Source: Prorocentrum cordatum (taxonomy: Eukaryota). Taken from it: DNA of 54,410 nt. The position numbers and the translations under genes are program-made. This document shows positions 22,990 through 33,499 of this stretch, piece after piece. The first letter of the stretch is position 1. Each line of letters starts with the position of its first letter. The notes beneath the pieces are model-generated. The model did not search any database. It had not been told where the DNA came from and saw only the letters and a program-made list of their open reading frames with translations. Location: assembly GCA_963575745.1 (NCBI GenBank), contig CAUYUJ010000245.1, forward strand, positions 62,001 to 116,410. Direction: 5' to 3'.

Positions 22990-24300
22990 GACAGCACTAG
23001 ATCGGACCAAGCGGCCATCCACATCACATGGGGCATGACGGGTGAACATATCGGGTACTACATCGGCATAACGAATCGTGGGAGAGGCCGCTTGACAAGT
23101 ACGCCAGTCGTCTGGGTGATTGGCGCTGGAGCGAACTCGGCCTGAACATGGCGCCCATTGCCTACAATGTCTACGTCTTACCAACGGTCTTGTTTATCGC
23201 CCAGCTTGAAGCCCCGCCTCAGGAGGTCATCGACAGGGAACGGGTTGCTGTTCGGCGAGTGGCGCCTGGACCAGGTTTTTGGTATTCTTCAGCTGACTTG
23301 CACCATGGTCTGGATCTCGAGCTTGCTGCGCACCTACGCCCGCGGGAGATCTCTTGCCGCGCTTCGATTCTCCGCATGCACGCGTGGGGGGAATCTCGAC
23401 AGGACGGCGGCATTGACTGGAAGGGAATGGCTGATGAGCTCGTCGCAGCGAGAGGCAGGCCGCGCCGATCGAATGATGAAACTTGCCCGGTTCTCTGTGT
23501 GGTTTGATCGGCTCATCCCCACGACGGTGCTGGCGGAGGTCGACCGGCAGGCCAAAAGCGGCGCGCACATCCACGCAGCAAGGGCCGCGCTCGGCGGCGT
23601 CGCCATCGGACCGCTCACGGAGCAGAAGGAGAGGCAATGCAGAAAGGGCACTCAGAGATGGTTCGCCGGCCGCCTCCTTGCTCGCGACGGCTACTGCGTG
23701 GAGCGACGTCTCCGGGCGCGCCTGGCCAGGTGGAGTCTGCCAGAATTGCCCGGCCGTGCGGCCCGGCGGGTGGCACAGCATCTACGGCGCCTCAGACACC
23801 TTGTTCCGCCCCGGATACGGGCCGCTATGATCAGCACCGTCTTCAACCGATGGACAACGAACCGTCGAATGCGGTCTCGCCGGGAGGGCCGCCGGGTCTG
23901 CGTGCTCGGGTGCTCCTGTACAGCGGACGACTGTGTGGAGCACCACATGCGCTGCCCCGTGGGCCAGACATGGTACAGAAGACGGCTGGGATGGGCTCTG
24001 ACAGAGCAGCCTCTGACGCAGGGAATGCTGGCATCGGTCATGACAGACAAGCAATTGCAAGCAACAGGCGGTGACCAACTACTTTCTGCACCGCGCGGTG
24101 AAAGATATGCGTAGGCGTCAGATACAGCCGTGTGCGGAGCGCCGAGAGACCGCCGACGCGGTCATGGACCAGCTCTTGCACGAAGCCACCAGAGACGACG
24201 GTCGACTTCGGCGAGTTTGCCAACCACACTGGGACAGGGGCGCCGTTCGACGCCGTGCTGGGGGAGACGCGGGACGCCGACGCGTGCAGCCGACGTCGTG
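22990..24300 (+). pseudogene. Frameshifted 3' part of an L1/Tx1-like non-LTR retrotransposon ORF2
   Basis: Post-RT segment AYNVYVLPTVLFIAQL...RRVAPGPGFW, then in another frame a CCHC-type knuckle TVFNRWTTNRRM...CVLGC...DCVEHHMRC. Confidence 0.75.
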
Positions 24301-25904
24301 AGCGACACCTTCAACGATAGGCTCCCCATCCTCGAGCACGAGACGCCGTTGCAGGTGAGGGCTCCTCTCTCCTCCGTTTCTCGTCCTTCCCTCCTCGCCC
24401 TCGCTCCTCTCCCCGCGCGTCCCGGCCGCGCGGCAGGTATCTGACCGACCACAGACCGCGGCGTGCTACATCTCCGCGGCTGGCAGCCAAGCGGCGCCAA
24501 TCACACGCCTCCCCCTGGGGGGGCCGCGGGGGGGCAGGGGACCGCCCCTTTCCCTTCGTCCTCGTCGCGGCTACTCTCCGCCCTCCGTCCCCCTCCCCCC
24601 TCGCCCTCCGTTTCGTGTGGCCGATTCTGCGGGCTGCGCCGGCTGGGCGGCGATGCGGACGGTTTCGCCCACAATCGAGGATACGACGCCGCATGGGTTC
24701 GTATCTTTCTGGTCTGGGGACTGGCTGGAGGCCGGGGGCAGGCCCGAACTTTCCAGCACTTGTTGGGTCGATATCTCTTGGGCCTCGCCAAAGGACAGCG
24801 CGGTCTGTCTCGACTCTTCCTCCTCTTCCCCCCCTCCTCCGCACTCTTGCCCATCATGGGTGGGAGGAGCGCTCGTTTCACGGACGCTGCTGGCGATGGC
24901 GTCGTTTTTTTGGTGCGATGTATTATTAATCCTCCTCCTCATGCATGTTCCGTTGTAGGTTGAGCTGTTCTTCACGTCTCTTCGACACTGGGTCACACGT
25001 TCGCCATTTGTCGGCCCGGGCTGGCACGGCAAGCGACGGTCGCCCATGCAGGCGCCTGGCCGCTCTGGTCGGCTGTTATGAATGGTTTCGGTCCCGTCGC
25101 CATACCTCAAAGAATTTGTCGTGCCTTGTCATGGGTGTCCTCGGACCCTTTACTGCTTATGCTCGTAGCGCGCTGGGCAGTTCGATTCGCGGAGCCTCCT
25201 GGCTGTGAGCGTGTCGCCGCCTTGTCCGCCAAATGTTTCAACCAGCCGGTTCTCCCATCCTCCGTTTACCGCGCTAGTTTTTCCCGTGAGGGCAATTTGT
25301 GCGAGTACCGCTGGAGGTATCCTATAAAGGTGTACGCACGCGCGCGTTTTCTGAGCATGGATATTCCGTTATTTCTTCCTGTTTCTCGCCTTTCTCCCCT
25401 CTCTTCCTATTCCTCCTTGTTTTGCACGGGTACTGTTGCGTGGCACTTTTGGCTCCGATTGTGGGTGCATTGATTATTTGATGTTGACCTCATGCATTGC
25501 AGCTGAATAGGCCATTGGATTGCATGAGCCACGACTGGACGTCGCAGGCCGCGAGTGGGTGCTTTACGATATGTCGTGTGTTTCCCTTCTCCCATCGCCT
25601 CTTTTTTCCGCCTCCCCCTGTTCTGCTCCTTTTCTTCCGCGCTTTAGTTTTCGTCTCGTCTGGGAGGATCGGGCGATAACGGTCCGGCGGCGGCAAGACA
25701 GCTTGCCGACTCCCCGCTCGGATTTGAAGATTCGAAGCATCCGCCATCAGTTCATGGGGTCATCGTTGCCTGTGAATTATACAACAATATTAAGAATACG
25801 AACAGTGATATATACAGATATAACCAAACAACAAACAAACAAACAAACAAACAAACAAGAACAAAAACGATGGCCCCACCCCGCCCATGGAAGTGGGGAT
25901 TCGC

Positions 25905-25995
25905 TGTGGTGGGGGGCCCATCGCCAATCTATCAGCGATGCATCGCCGATTCCAGGTCGATGTTTCCCCCCCCCTATGCCATTCCCCCCTTGTCG
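25905..25995 (+). repeat. Dispersed atcgccgat-rich repeat (related copies ~22860-22975, ~49790-49955, ~53670-53870)
   Basis: catcgccgattccaggtcgatgtttcccc is the near reverse complement of ggggaaacatcgacctggaatcggcg at 53702-53727. Confidence 0.75.
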
Positions 25996-27044
25996 TTGCC
26001 CCTCGGCCATGGCTCGCCCTGGGCTCGGCACCGCTCGCACGTGCCTCTGGGCCTGGGCGCGCGACGCCCCCAGGAGGAGGTAGCCCCTGGGGGGGCACCG
26101 CGGCGGGGGGCAGCGCACGTTGGCCGAGGCGACCGCCGAGCCGACTCCCTCGCCGTCCACCACGACGAGCATTGCCACCACCACTAGCGAGAAGGCGGGA
26201 GCTGGGAGCCCGGGGGAAAAGGCGAGAGGGGGAGACGGGAGCGGAGTGAGCAGGAGGTGGTGGAGGGCGGGGGGGAACGGAGAAGCGAGGGGAGGAGCAG
26301 CAGCGGGGAGGATTGGGGGGAGCGGGAGGGGGCAAGAGCGAGAGGGGGAGAGGAGCAGCGAGGAGCGAAGAGGTAGACAGTTTTTCTTGCCTCAGGCCAC
26401 GGCAAAGAAATTACCAAAAACCAGAAGCGACACCGAGAGGCACCATATTTACCGAGCCAGTGCAGTATAATGCACCCAATTTCACAGACTCTCGGTCTGG
26501 CAGTCCCCTCGAAGGCCTAAGGCTGGAACATCACGTGTGCTGACCTGCCAGGCACCGCTCACTTAGCAAGAGTGCTACATTTGAGATCGTACCAGCTGCC
26601 ATCAGCCGAGCGGCTGCCCGCTGGGCCCCTGCCTTCGCGACGTTTGTTCTAGCAACTCCGAGAGCGCCGCTTCGGCATGCGCGAAAAACCTTAGCACCGA
26701 GCAATGCGGCATCAGAGCGGCGAGCGGTAGCGCGCGATGCGAGCTGCTAAAGATAGCAACAAGGTGTGCGTCGAGTGCATGGAGCGAGCTGCCAGGCATC
26801 AACGTTTCTGGCGTGATGTGTCATAAGAGATCGTGTACGCATGTAGCGAGTTCTTTGGCATCAACCCGGGCAGAACGATACGCACCGGCCACAGTGGACG
26901 AATTTTCCAGTACATGGTGAGAGCGCCACAGGCAAGTGTGGACTTCATGATTTATTGTGTGTTTGCTTCTTGGCGTCTTCACCCCCAGAGGTAGAAAGCA
27001 AGGCCCTGGCCAGATCTGGGCGCCGTCCGGATTTTTGTTCACAA

Positions 27045-27175
27045 CGTCGATCCCCAGAGGTCTGGACCCCTTCCCCGGGACCGGTGTCTCGTCCTGAGTC
27101 GTTCTTGGACAGTCCCGGGGCCCAGTGAGGGCCCCCCGAGGCCGAGAATAGCCGAAAATTTCCCGTCGTGTGTTT
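27045..27175 (+). repeat. Dispersed repeat (second copy ~47385-47510)
   Basis: accccttccccgggaccgg...tcctga.tcgtt...gagggccccccgaggccga shared. Confidence 0.85.
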
Positions 27176-27382
27176 TTGTCTGCACTGCGAGGTGGATGCA
27201 AGGGAGATGTTGGAGAGAGGAGTGTGGGCGGCTGCTCTGAGCCGCTGGCCGCCCACACGGGTTTTGGCGGGTCGGCCACCGCAGGCAGGGCGGCGGGAGG
27301 CGGTGCAGCAGCGGAGTTGGCGGCAGCACCGAGAGACGGCGAGAGCGCACGATGAGGAGGACAGATTTCGGAAACTATACAT

Positions 27383-27957
27383 CCTCCTCCTCCTCCTCCC
27401 TCCAAAAAAAAAAAAAAAAAAAGAAGCCTCCTCCTCCTTTTCTCCTCACTCTTTTTCCTCCTCCTCCTCCCCTCCTCGCTCCTCCTCCTCCTCCTCCTCG
27501 TCCTCCTCCTCCTCCTCCTTCGTCCTCCATCTCTCCTCCTCCTCCGGCCTCCTCCTCCCCCTCCTCCCCCTCCTCCTCCTCCTCCTCCTCCTCCTCCTCC
27601 TCACCTCCTCCTCCTCCTCCTCCCCTCCTCCTCCCTTCCTCCTCCTCCTCCTCCTCCTTCCTCCTCCTCCTCCTCCCTCTCCTCCTCCGCCTCCTCCTCC
27701 TCCTCCTCCTCCTCCTCCTCCTCCTCCTCCTCTCCTCCTCTCCTCCTCCTCCCCCTCCTCTCTCCCCTCCCCCTCCCCCTTTCTCCTCCTCTCTCCTCCT
27801 CCCTCCTTCTTCTTCTCCTCCTCCTCGCCTACCTCCTCCTCCTCCTCATCTTCTCGTCCTTCCTCCTCCTCCTCCTCCTCCTCCTCCTCCTCCTCCTCCT
27901 CCTCCTCCTCCTCCTCCTCCTCCTCCTCCTCCTCCTCCTCCTCCTCCTCCCCCTCCC
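27383..27957. repeat. (CCT)n microsatellite, 5' flank of the LINE
   Basis: ~570-bp imperfect CCT tract; accounts for the spurious poly-P/S/L N-terminus of ORF 27352..30726. Confidence 0.97.
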
Positions 27958-30886
27958 TTTGACCACAATATGGAGGCGGAGGCTGCTACGGCGGTTGGGG
28001 AGTACTCTGTGAGCGTGTTCTTGGACATGTTTAAATGTTATGAGTGTGTAATCGTGGAGCGACTGTTTGCCGAAGCCAGGCAGGTTGGATACCCGCCTCG
28101 GATGATGTGGATGGTCTTTGCATCCTATCGGTGCCCTAGGGTGATTCAGGCGTTCGGTTCGGTGTCGCGGCAGGTCGTGACAAATCAAGGCATCCTTGCT
28201 GGATGTAGCCACGCCAACACTATGATGCATGTGCTCCTCCACCGTGTGATCGTTAAGATGAGGACCCTATACCCTACGGTCTGGCCCAGGGTCCTCATGG
28301 ACGATTCCAGCTTTCAGTGGGTTGGTAAGCTGTTTAAGTTTAGTGAGATTTTACTCGCCGCGGTTAGATGGTATTGTAGCCAGGTCCTCAAGCTAGGTTT
28401 AATCCTCCAAGCGGCCAAGAGTGGGTATGTGGCTACGGCGGTGAGAGTGTCGTCGAACTTGTCGTCGTCTGCTCGTCTGGTGAAGCTCCGCAGCCACGCC
28501 CATATGCGAAACCTTGGCCATGAGGTTTTTTCTGGAAGGCCTGTGAGGGCCCAAGAGCAGCTACGTCTCAAGAAGTTGCTGCGGCGTCGGGACAAGTTGG
28601 CCTCCCTCCGTCGTGCTGCGTCCAGCAAGGTGAGTCTGTTGTGGCGCACTGGGCTCATGCCCGCTGGGTCGCACGGGGCTGGGGTCTCTGGGCTCACGGA
28701 TCCGACCCTCGGGACCGTTCGAACCGTGGCGGGAACCTTAGTGGGCGCGAAGCGGTCTGGGTCCTTGACGACTTGGCTTGCAATTCAGCCCGACCCTTTC
28801 GATGACCCCATTTTCGACGCGACGGTGCCGCTGGTCCAACGCTATGCAGCTGTAATTTGGGACTCGAGGTTCTCGCTAGGCCGACTCCAAAAAGCGTGGA
28901 TGGCCGTCAAGAGTCGAATCCTCGAGCGGCCGACGTGGAAGTCATGCCGCGGCCCAATTAGTGCAGTGCTTATCAGTCTACACCGTGTCGGCTGGTCGAT
29001 GTCTGCTGCGCATGTGTTGGTGGACGACCAAGGTTTTCATATTGATTTGTTGCGAACCGCGCCGCTCGATGTGAAGGCACAGCTGCGGTCGGGGATCCAG
29101 AGGTGGCAAGCTAGGAAGTTGTTGTCCCACCTCCCTCAGGCTGGGTCCGAGCGCCTGTGGCTCCGAGGAGTGCGAATAGCAGTTTTCAAGGTTCGTGACA
29201 ATGCCCGTCGTGCAGCTCTCCGCTGCTTGATAGGCAACGCTTTGTGGTCGCAAGAGAGAAAGTATGAGGCTGGCCTGAGCGACAGCTGCAAGTGTAAGTT
29301 GTGTGGCAAGAATGTTGTAGGCTCTCTTGGTCATCAGATATATGACTACGACGCTGTGCTGAAACATCCAGCGTCCCAGGGCAACTGTTTCCCCGATGCT
29401 ATTGTTTTGCGCAGGTCTGAGCTCAGGGACACGGGTCGGTTCGAGGCGGGAATGCAGGTCTGGGATTCTCTCGAGGCCTTGTATGGCCTCCCGCCTGACC
29501 CCGTCAATCTTGACCCCGTCCCTGACAAGCTCCCTGTGTGCACGTGGGGTGACACCGAAGCGCCATGGGGGCGGCGTGTCTATACCGACGGTTCGGGGCT
29601 GTGCAGCAGCAGCCACGAACTTAGGCGGTGTGGATGGGCCGTGGTCGAGCCGGACCCGCGTGGGCTCCCGATTCGGGCCCGCTTCGGGGGGTTGCCTGGC
29701 GGCACTCAGACGGTGCCTCGGGCCGAGAGGTTTGCGGTTTTCCAGGCGCTTAGAGTCTGCCCCCTAAATGTGCATGTGGTGTCAGACCAGCTGAGCGCGG
29801 TCTTGGAGGGGCAGTCGTGGGACCCTGGCCTGGCGGCCAGCGGAGGGCGTCACGCCGCTGTCTGGAGGCAGACCTCTCAGTTGTATGACCGCCCTGGTCC
29901 CAGGCCGTCGTTCGAATGGACACCCGCTCACCGTGAGTGGGATGTTGTGGTCGCGTCGGGACCCGAGGTCGAGGTGCAAAACTTTTTAGGGAACACGTGG
30001 GCCGACTTTTTTGCGCGTGTCGGAGCGGACTCCCACGCTGCTGCTATGACGCTTGAGAAGGTCCAGAGTGCCGTGATCACACAGACACGGCAGACTTTCG
30101 ATTTTCTGTCCAGATTTGCTCAGAGTATTGGCGCGTGCGCCCAGGAGCTCTCGGCCCCGACTCCCATGCTGCGGCGTGCGCGAGAGCGTGAAGGAGAGAG
30201 CGGGCTGGCGCTGCTCGGGCACGATCTGCTGTACCACTTCCCATCCTCTGGGGAGTGGCGGTGTAAGAGATGCAATATGTATGCCAAGACCCCCTCCTCC
30301 CTCGCCCGGCTCCGTTCTGGCAGCGGCCGCCACTGTGGGCCTAGCGCGTTCCAGGCGTGGCAGGCGCAGGCGGCGTTCGCGACGCGAGATGAGGAGGGGA
30401 TGGTTTTTTCTTCGGCGCCTGCGGCGCTAGAGGCTGCTGCTCGGTCCCTGGGGTCCGTTTTTGACCTGGCCCAGGTGCCGCCGACTGAAACCCTCACCGC
30501 TCGGTTTGTGTCCCTGGGCCACCAGATGGAGCAGGCGGGCCGAGTGGCCTTTTGTTCGTTGTGCTCAGCCCACGTCATCCTCCCAGGAGGTTTGCTCCGT
30601 GGGCTTGAGAAGCGCTGTCTTGGTCGTTCCCTGCACCCGTCAACTCGGAGTTCCCAGGCGACCAAGATTAAGCACGCGTCTCGTGGCCTCCACCCGCGCA
30701 CAGGGAAGCCACTTGAACCGATTTAATGTGGGGGGGGGCCTGTCGGGTGCCGCCTCGACCGCCTGGTCGGGGTGGGCGCCGCAAAATTATGCTAACGGAG
30801 TTCCCCACATAAAGAGATTAACGGTTTCGTGGGACCCATTTTCTTGATGCCCTCCTCACTTTCTTGATGCCCCCCTTCTTGATGCC
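27958..30886 (+). mobile_element. 5'-truncated non-LTR retrotransposon (RT-RNase H type)
   Basis: Contains the RT/RNase H ORF and a ~160-nt 3' UTR ending in three ttcttgatgccc repeats that run into (CCT)n; starts abruptly inside the RT. Confidence 0.9.
27970..30726 (+). CDS. Reverse transcriptase (partial) + RNase H + Cys/His-rich C-terminus, 918 aa uninterrupted
   Basis: RT motifs FLDMFKCYE, QGILAGCSHA, LMDD, RNLG; knuckle CKLC...GSLGH; RNase H motifs VYTDGS, QTVPRAE, VVSD, EWTPAH, GNTWADFFA. Confidence 0.92.
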   Translation: MEAEAATAVGEYSVSVFLDMFKCYECVIVERLFAEARQVGYPPRMMWMVFASYRCPRVIQAFGSVSRQVVTNQGILAGCSHANTMMHVLLHRVIVKMRTLYPTVWPRVLMDDSSFQWVGKLFKFSEILLAAVRWYCSQVLKLGLILQAAKSGYVATAVRVSSNLSSSARLVKLRSHAHMRNLGHEVFSGRPVRAQEQLRLKKLLRRRDKLASLRRAASSKVSLLWRTGLMPAGSHGAGVSGLTDPTLGTVRTVAGTLVGAKRSGSLTTWLAIQPDPFDDPIFDATVPLVQRYAAVIWDSRFSLGRLQKAWMAVKSRILERPTWKSCRGPISAVLISLHRVGWSMSAAHVLVDDQGFHIDLLRTAPLDVKAQLRSGIQRWQARKLLSHLPQAGSERLWLRGVRIAVFKVRDNARRAALRCLIGNALWSQERKYEAGLSDSCKCKLCGKNVVGSLGHQIYDYDAVLKHPASQGNCFPDAIVLRRSELRDTGRFEAGMQVWDSLEALYGLPPDPVNLDPVPDKLPVCTWGDTEAPWGRRVYTDGSGLCSSSHELRRCGWAVVEPDPRGLPIRARFGGLPGGTQTVPRAERFAVFQALRVCPLNVHVVSDQLSAVLEGQSWDPGLAASGGRHAAVWRQTSQLYDRPGPRPSFEWTPAHREWDVVVASGPEVEVQNFLGNTWADFFARVGADSHAAAMTLEKVQSAVITQTRQTFDFLSRFAQSIGACAQELSAPTPMLRRAREREGESGLALLGHDLLYHFPSSGEWRCKRCNMYAKTPSSLARLRSGSGRHCGPSAFQAWQAQAAFATRDEEGMVFSSAPAALEAAARSLGSVFDLAQVPPTETLTARFVSLGHQMEQAGRVAFCSLCSAHVILPGGLLRGLEKRCLGRSLHPSTRSSQATKIKHASRGLHPRTGKPLEPI

Positions 30887-30998
30887 CTCCTCCTCCTCCT
30901 CCTCCTCCTCCTCCTCCTCCTCCTCCTCCTCCTCCTCCTCCTCCTCCTCCTCCTCCTCCCCCTCCTCCTCCTCCCCCTCCTCCTCCTCCTCCTCATCC
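30885..30998. repeat. (CCT)n tract, 3' flank/tail of the LINE
   Basis: Near-perfect CCT run directly after the 3' UTR. Confidence 0.95.
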
Positions 30999-31105
30999 TG
31001 TCCGCTCATGTTGAAAGGGTTTGCCGAGGCCCTGGAGGACCCCTTGGTGTGCACTAGGCTCAGCGACCTTGCAGACATGTAAGGAGCTCCGGCACACAGA
31101 CTCTC

Positions 31106-31140
31106 AATCCCACCAGCCCTCTGGGCGTTGGTGGTTTCCT
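31106..31140 (+). mobile_element. Family A terminus abutting the 77-bp array
   Basis: aatcccaccagccctctgggcgt is the exact reverse complement of 5424-5446. Confidence 0.75.
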
Positions 31141-33078
31141 CGCTCAGGCGGGGCCTCCCTGAAGGGGTGGGAGGGGCACGAAACCGTGTAAAGAGTATGG
31201 TTTTCCGATACCCTCCTCGCTCAGGCGGGGCCTCCCTGGAGAGGTGGGAGGGGCACGAAACCATGTAAATAGTATGGTTTTCGAATACCCTCCTCGCTCA
31301 GGCGGGGCCTCCCTGCAGGGGTGGGAGGGGCACGAAACCATGTAAATAGTATGGTTTTCGGATACCCTCCTCGCTCAGGCGGGGCCTCCCTGGAGTTGTG
31401 GGAGGGGCACGAAACCATGTAAATAGTATGGTTTGCGGATACCCTCCTCGCTCAGGCGGGGCCTCCCTGGAGAGGTGGGAGGGGCACGAAACCATGTAAA
31501 TAGTATGGTTTGCGGATACCCTCCTCGCTCAGGCGGGGCCTCCCTGGAGGTGTGGGAGTGGCACGAAACCATGTAAATAGTATGGTTTGCGGATACCCTC
31601 CTCGCTCAGGCGGGGCCTCCCTGCAGGGGTGGGAGGGGCACGAAACCATGTAAAATAGTATGGTTATTCGGATACCCTCACCTCTCAGGCGGGGCCTCCT
31701 TGGAGGGGTGGGGGGGGCACGAAACCATGTAAATAGTATGGTTTGCGGATACCTCCTCGCTCAGGCGGGGCCTCCCTGGAGGTGTGGGAGGGGCACGAAA
31801 CCATGTAAATAGTATGGTTTTCCGATACCCTCCTCGCTCAGGCTGGGCCTCCCTGGAGGGGTGGGAGGGGCACGAAACCATGTAAATAGTATGGTTTTCC
31901 GATACCCTCCTCGCTCAGGCGGGGCCTCCCTGGAGGTGTGGGAAGGGGCACGAAACCATGTAAATAGTATGGTTTTCGGATACCCTCCTCGCTCAGGCGG
32001 GGCCTCCCTGGAGGGGTGGGAGGGGCACGAAACCATGTAAATAATATGGTTTTCGGATACCCTCCTCGCTCAGGCGGGGCCTCCCTGCAGGGGTGGGAGG
32101 GGCACGAAACCATGTAAATAGTATGGTTTTCGGATACCCTCCTCGCTCAGGCGGGGCCTCCCTGGAGGGGTGGGAGGGGCACGAAACCATGTAAATATTA
32201 TGGTTTTCCGGTACCATCCTCGCTCAGGCGGGGCCTCCCTGCAGGGGTGGGAGGGGCACGAAACCATGTAAATAGTATGGTTTTCGGATACCCTCCTCGC
32301 TCAGGCGGGGCCTCCCTGGAAGGGTGGGAGGGGCACGAAACCATGTAAATAGTATGGTTTTCCGATACCCTCCTCGCTCAGGCGGGGCCTCCCTGGAGGG
32401 GTGGGCGGGGCACGAAACCATGTAAATAGTATGTTTTTCGGATACCCTCCTCGCTCAGGCGGGGCCTCCCTGGAGGGGTGGGAGGGGCACGAAACCATGT
32501 GAATAGTATGGTTTTCCGATACCCTCCTCGCTCAGACGGGGCCTCCCTGGAGGCGTGGGAGGGGCACGAAACCATGTAAATAGCATGGTTTTCGGATACC
32601 CTCCTCGCTCAGGCGGGGCCTCCCTGGAGGGGTGGGAGGGGCACGAAACCATGTAAATAGTATGGTGTTCGGATACCCTCCGGCCCCCCACTCTTGGTCT
32701 AGCCTGAGCGACTCGCGGCATCCGGCGGTGGGAAGCCCTTCCCTGGAGTGTGGGAGGAGGCATAGCGGGAAAAAAAAAGCATGTAAACTAATAGTGGGGT
32801 ATTACCGCGATACCCACAAATCGTCGGCCTTCGCAGGCAGACCCTTGAGCCCTCGCATCACTCCGCTGGAAGGGGTGGGCGAGGCAGTGTGAGGGCCAGG
32901 CACGAAACCATGTAAATAGTATGGTTTTCCGATACCCTCCTCGCTCATGCGGGGCCTCCCTGGAGGTGTGGGAGGGGCACGAAACCATGTAAATAGTATG
33001 GTATTCCGATACCCTCCTCGCTCAGGCGGGGCCTCCCTGGAGGTGTGGGAGGGGCACGAAACCATGTAAATAGTATGG
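31136..33078. repeat. 77-bp tandem array, ~20 contiguous copies plus a degenerate stretch and ~2 more copies
   Basis: Unit ccctcctcgctcaggcggggcctccctggaggggtgggaggggcacgaaaccatgtaaatagtatggttttcggata; ORF coordinates step by 77 (31144, 31221, 31298...). Confidence 0.98.
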
Positions 33079-33499
33079 TATGATATGGTATGGTATTGTA
33101 CTGGAGGTATGTATGGTATGTACGTGTGGATTGGTGTGATATGGGTATGGTATGCTATGGTACGCCATGGTATGGTCATTTGGTAGCATAGTAATAGCTC
33201 CACTGTTATGGTATGGTAATGTGTGGTAGGAACTTATGATGGTATGGTATGGTGTGTGTGGTAGGAATAATATTGTGCTGTATGGGAGATGGAGCGGGAG
33301 GTGGGTGGGAAGGAGAGGGTGTTCTGGGAAAACAAGAACCCCACTCAGGATGTGGGGAATAAATTTGATGGCCTCCCCTCCCCTTTCTGACCAGTGCCGC
33401 GCGTTCCGTCCCAGGCCCTGGTAAGTCCCTCCCCCTGGAGGGCACTCCATATAGTAGCTGCCCGCGCCTCGGATCTCCCGTCGCGCCAGGTGGTGCGCG

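Noticed and set aside
24620..25210. Additional LINE C-terminal remnant
   Set aside because: Only a vague resemblance (RLAALVGCYEWFRSRRH); no diagnostic motif, so not called as a feature.
27352..27969. Proline-rich N-terminus of the 1124-aa ORF
   Set aside because: Read-through of the (CCT)n tract; the element begins at ~27958.
31136..33078. CRISPR array (also considered for 853-1630 and 3845-4438)
   Set aside because: Units are contiguous with no unique spacers, there are no cas genes, and the context is eukaryotic.
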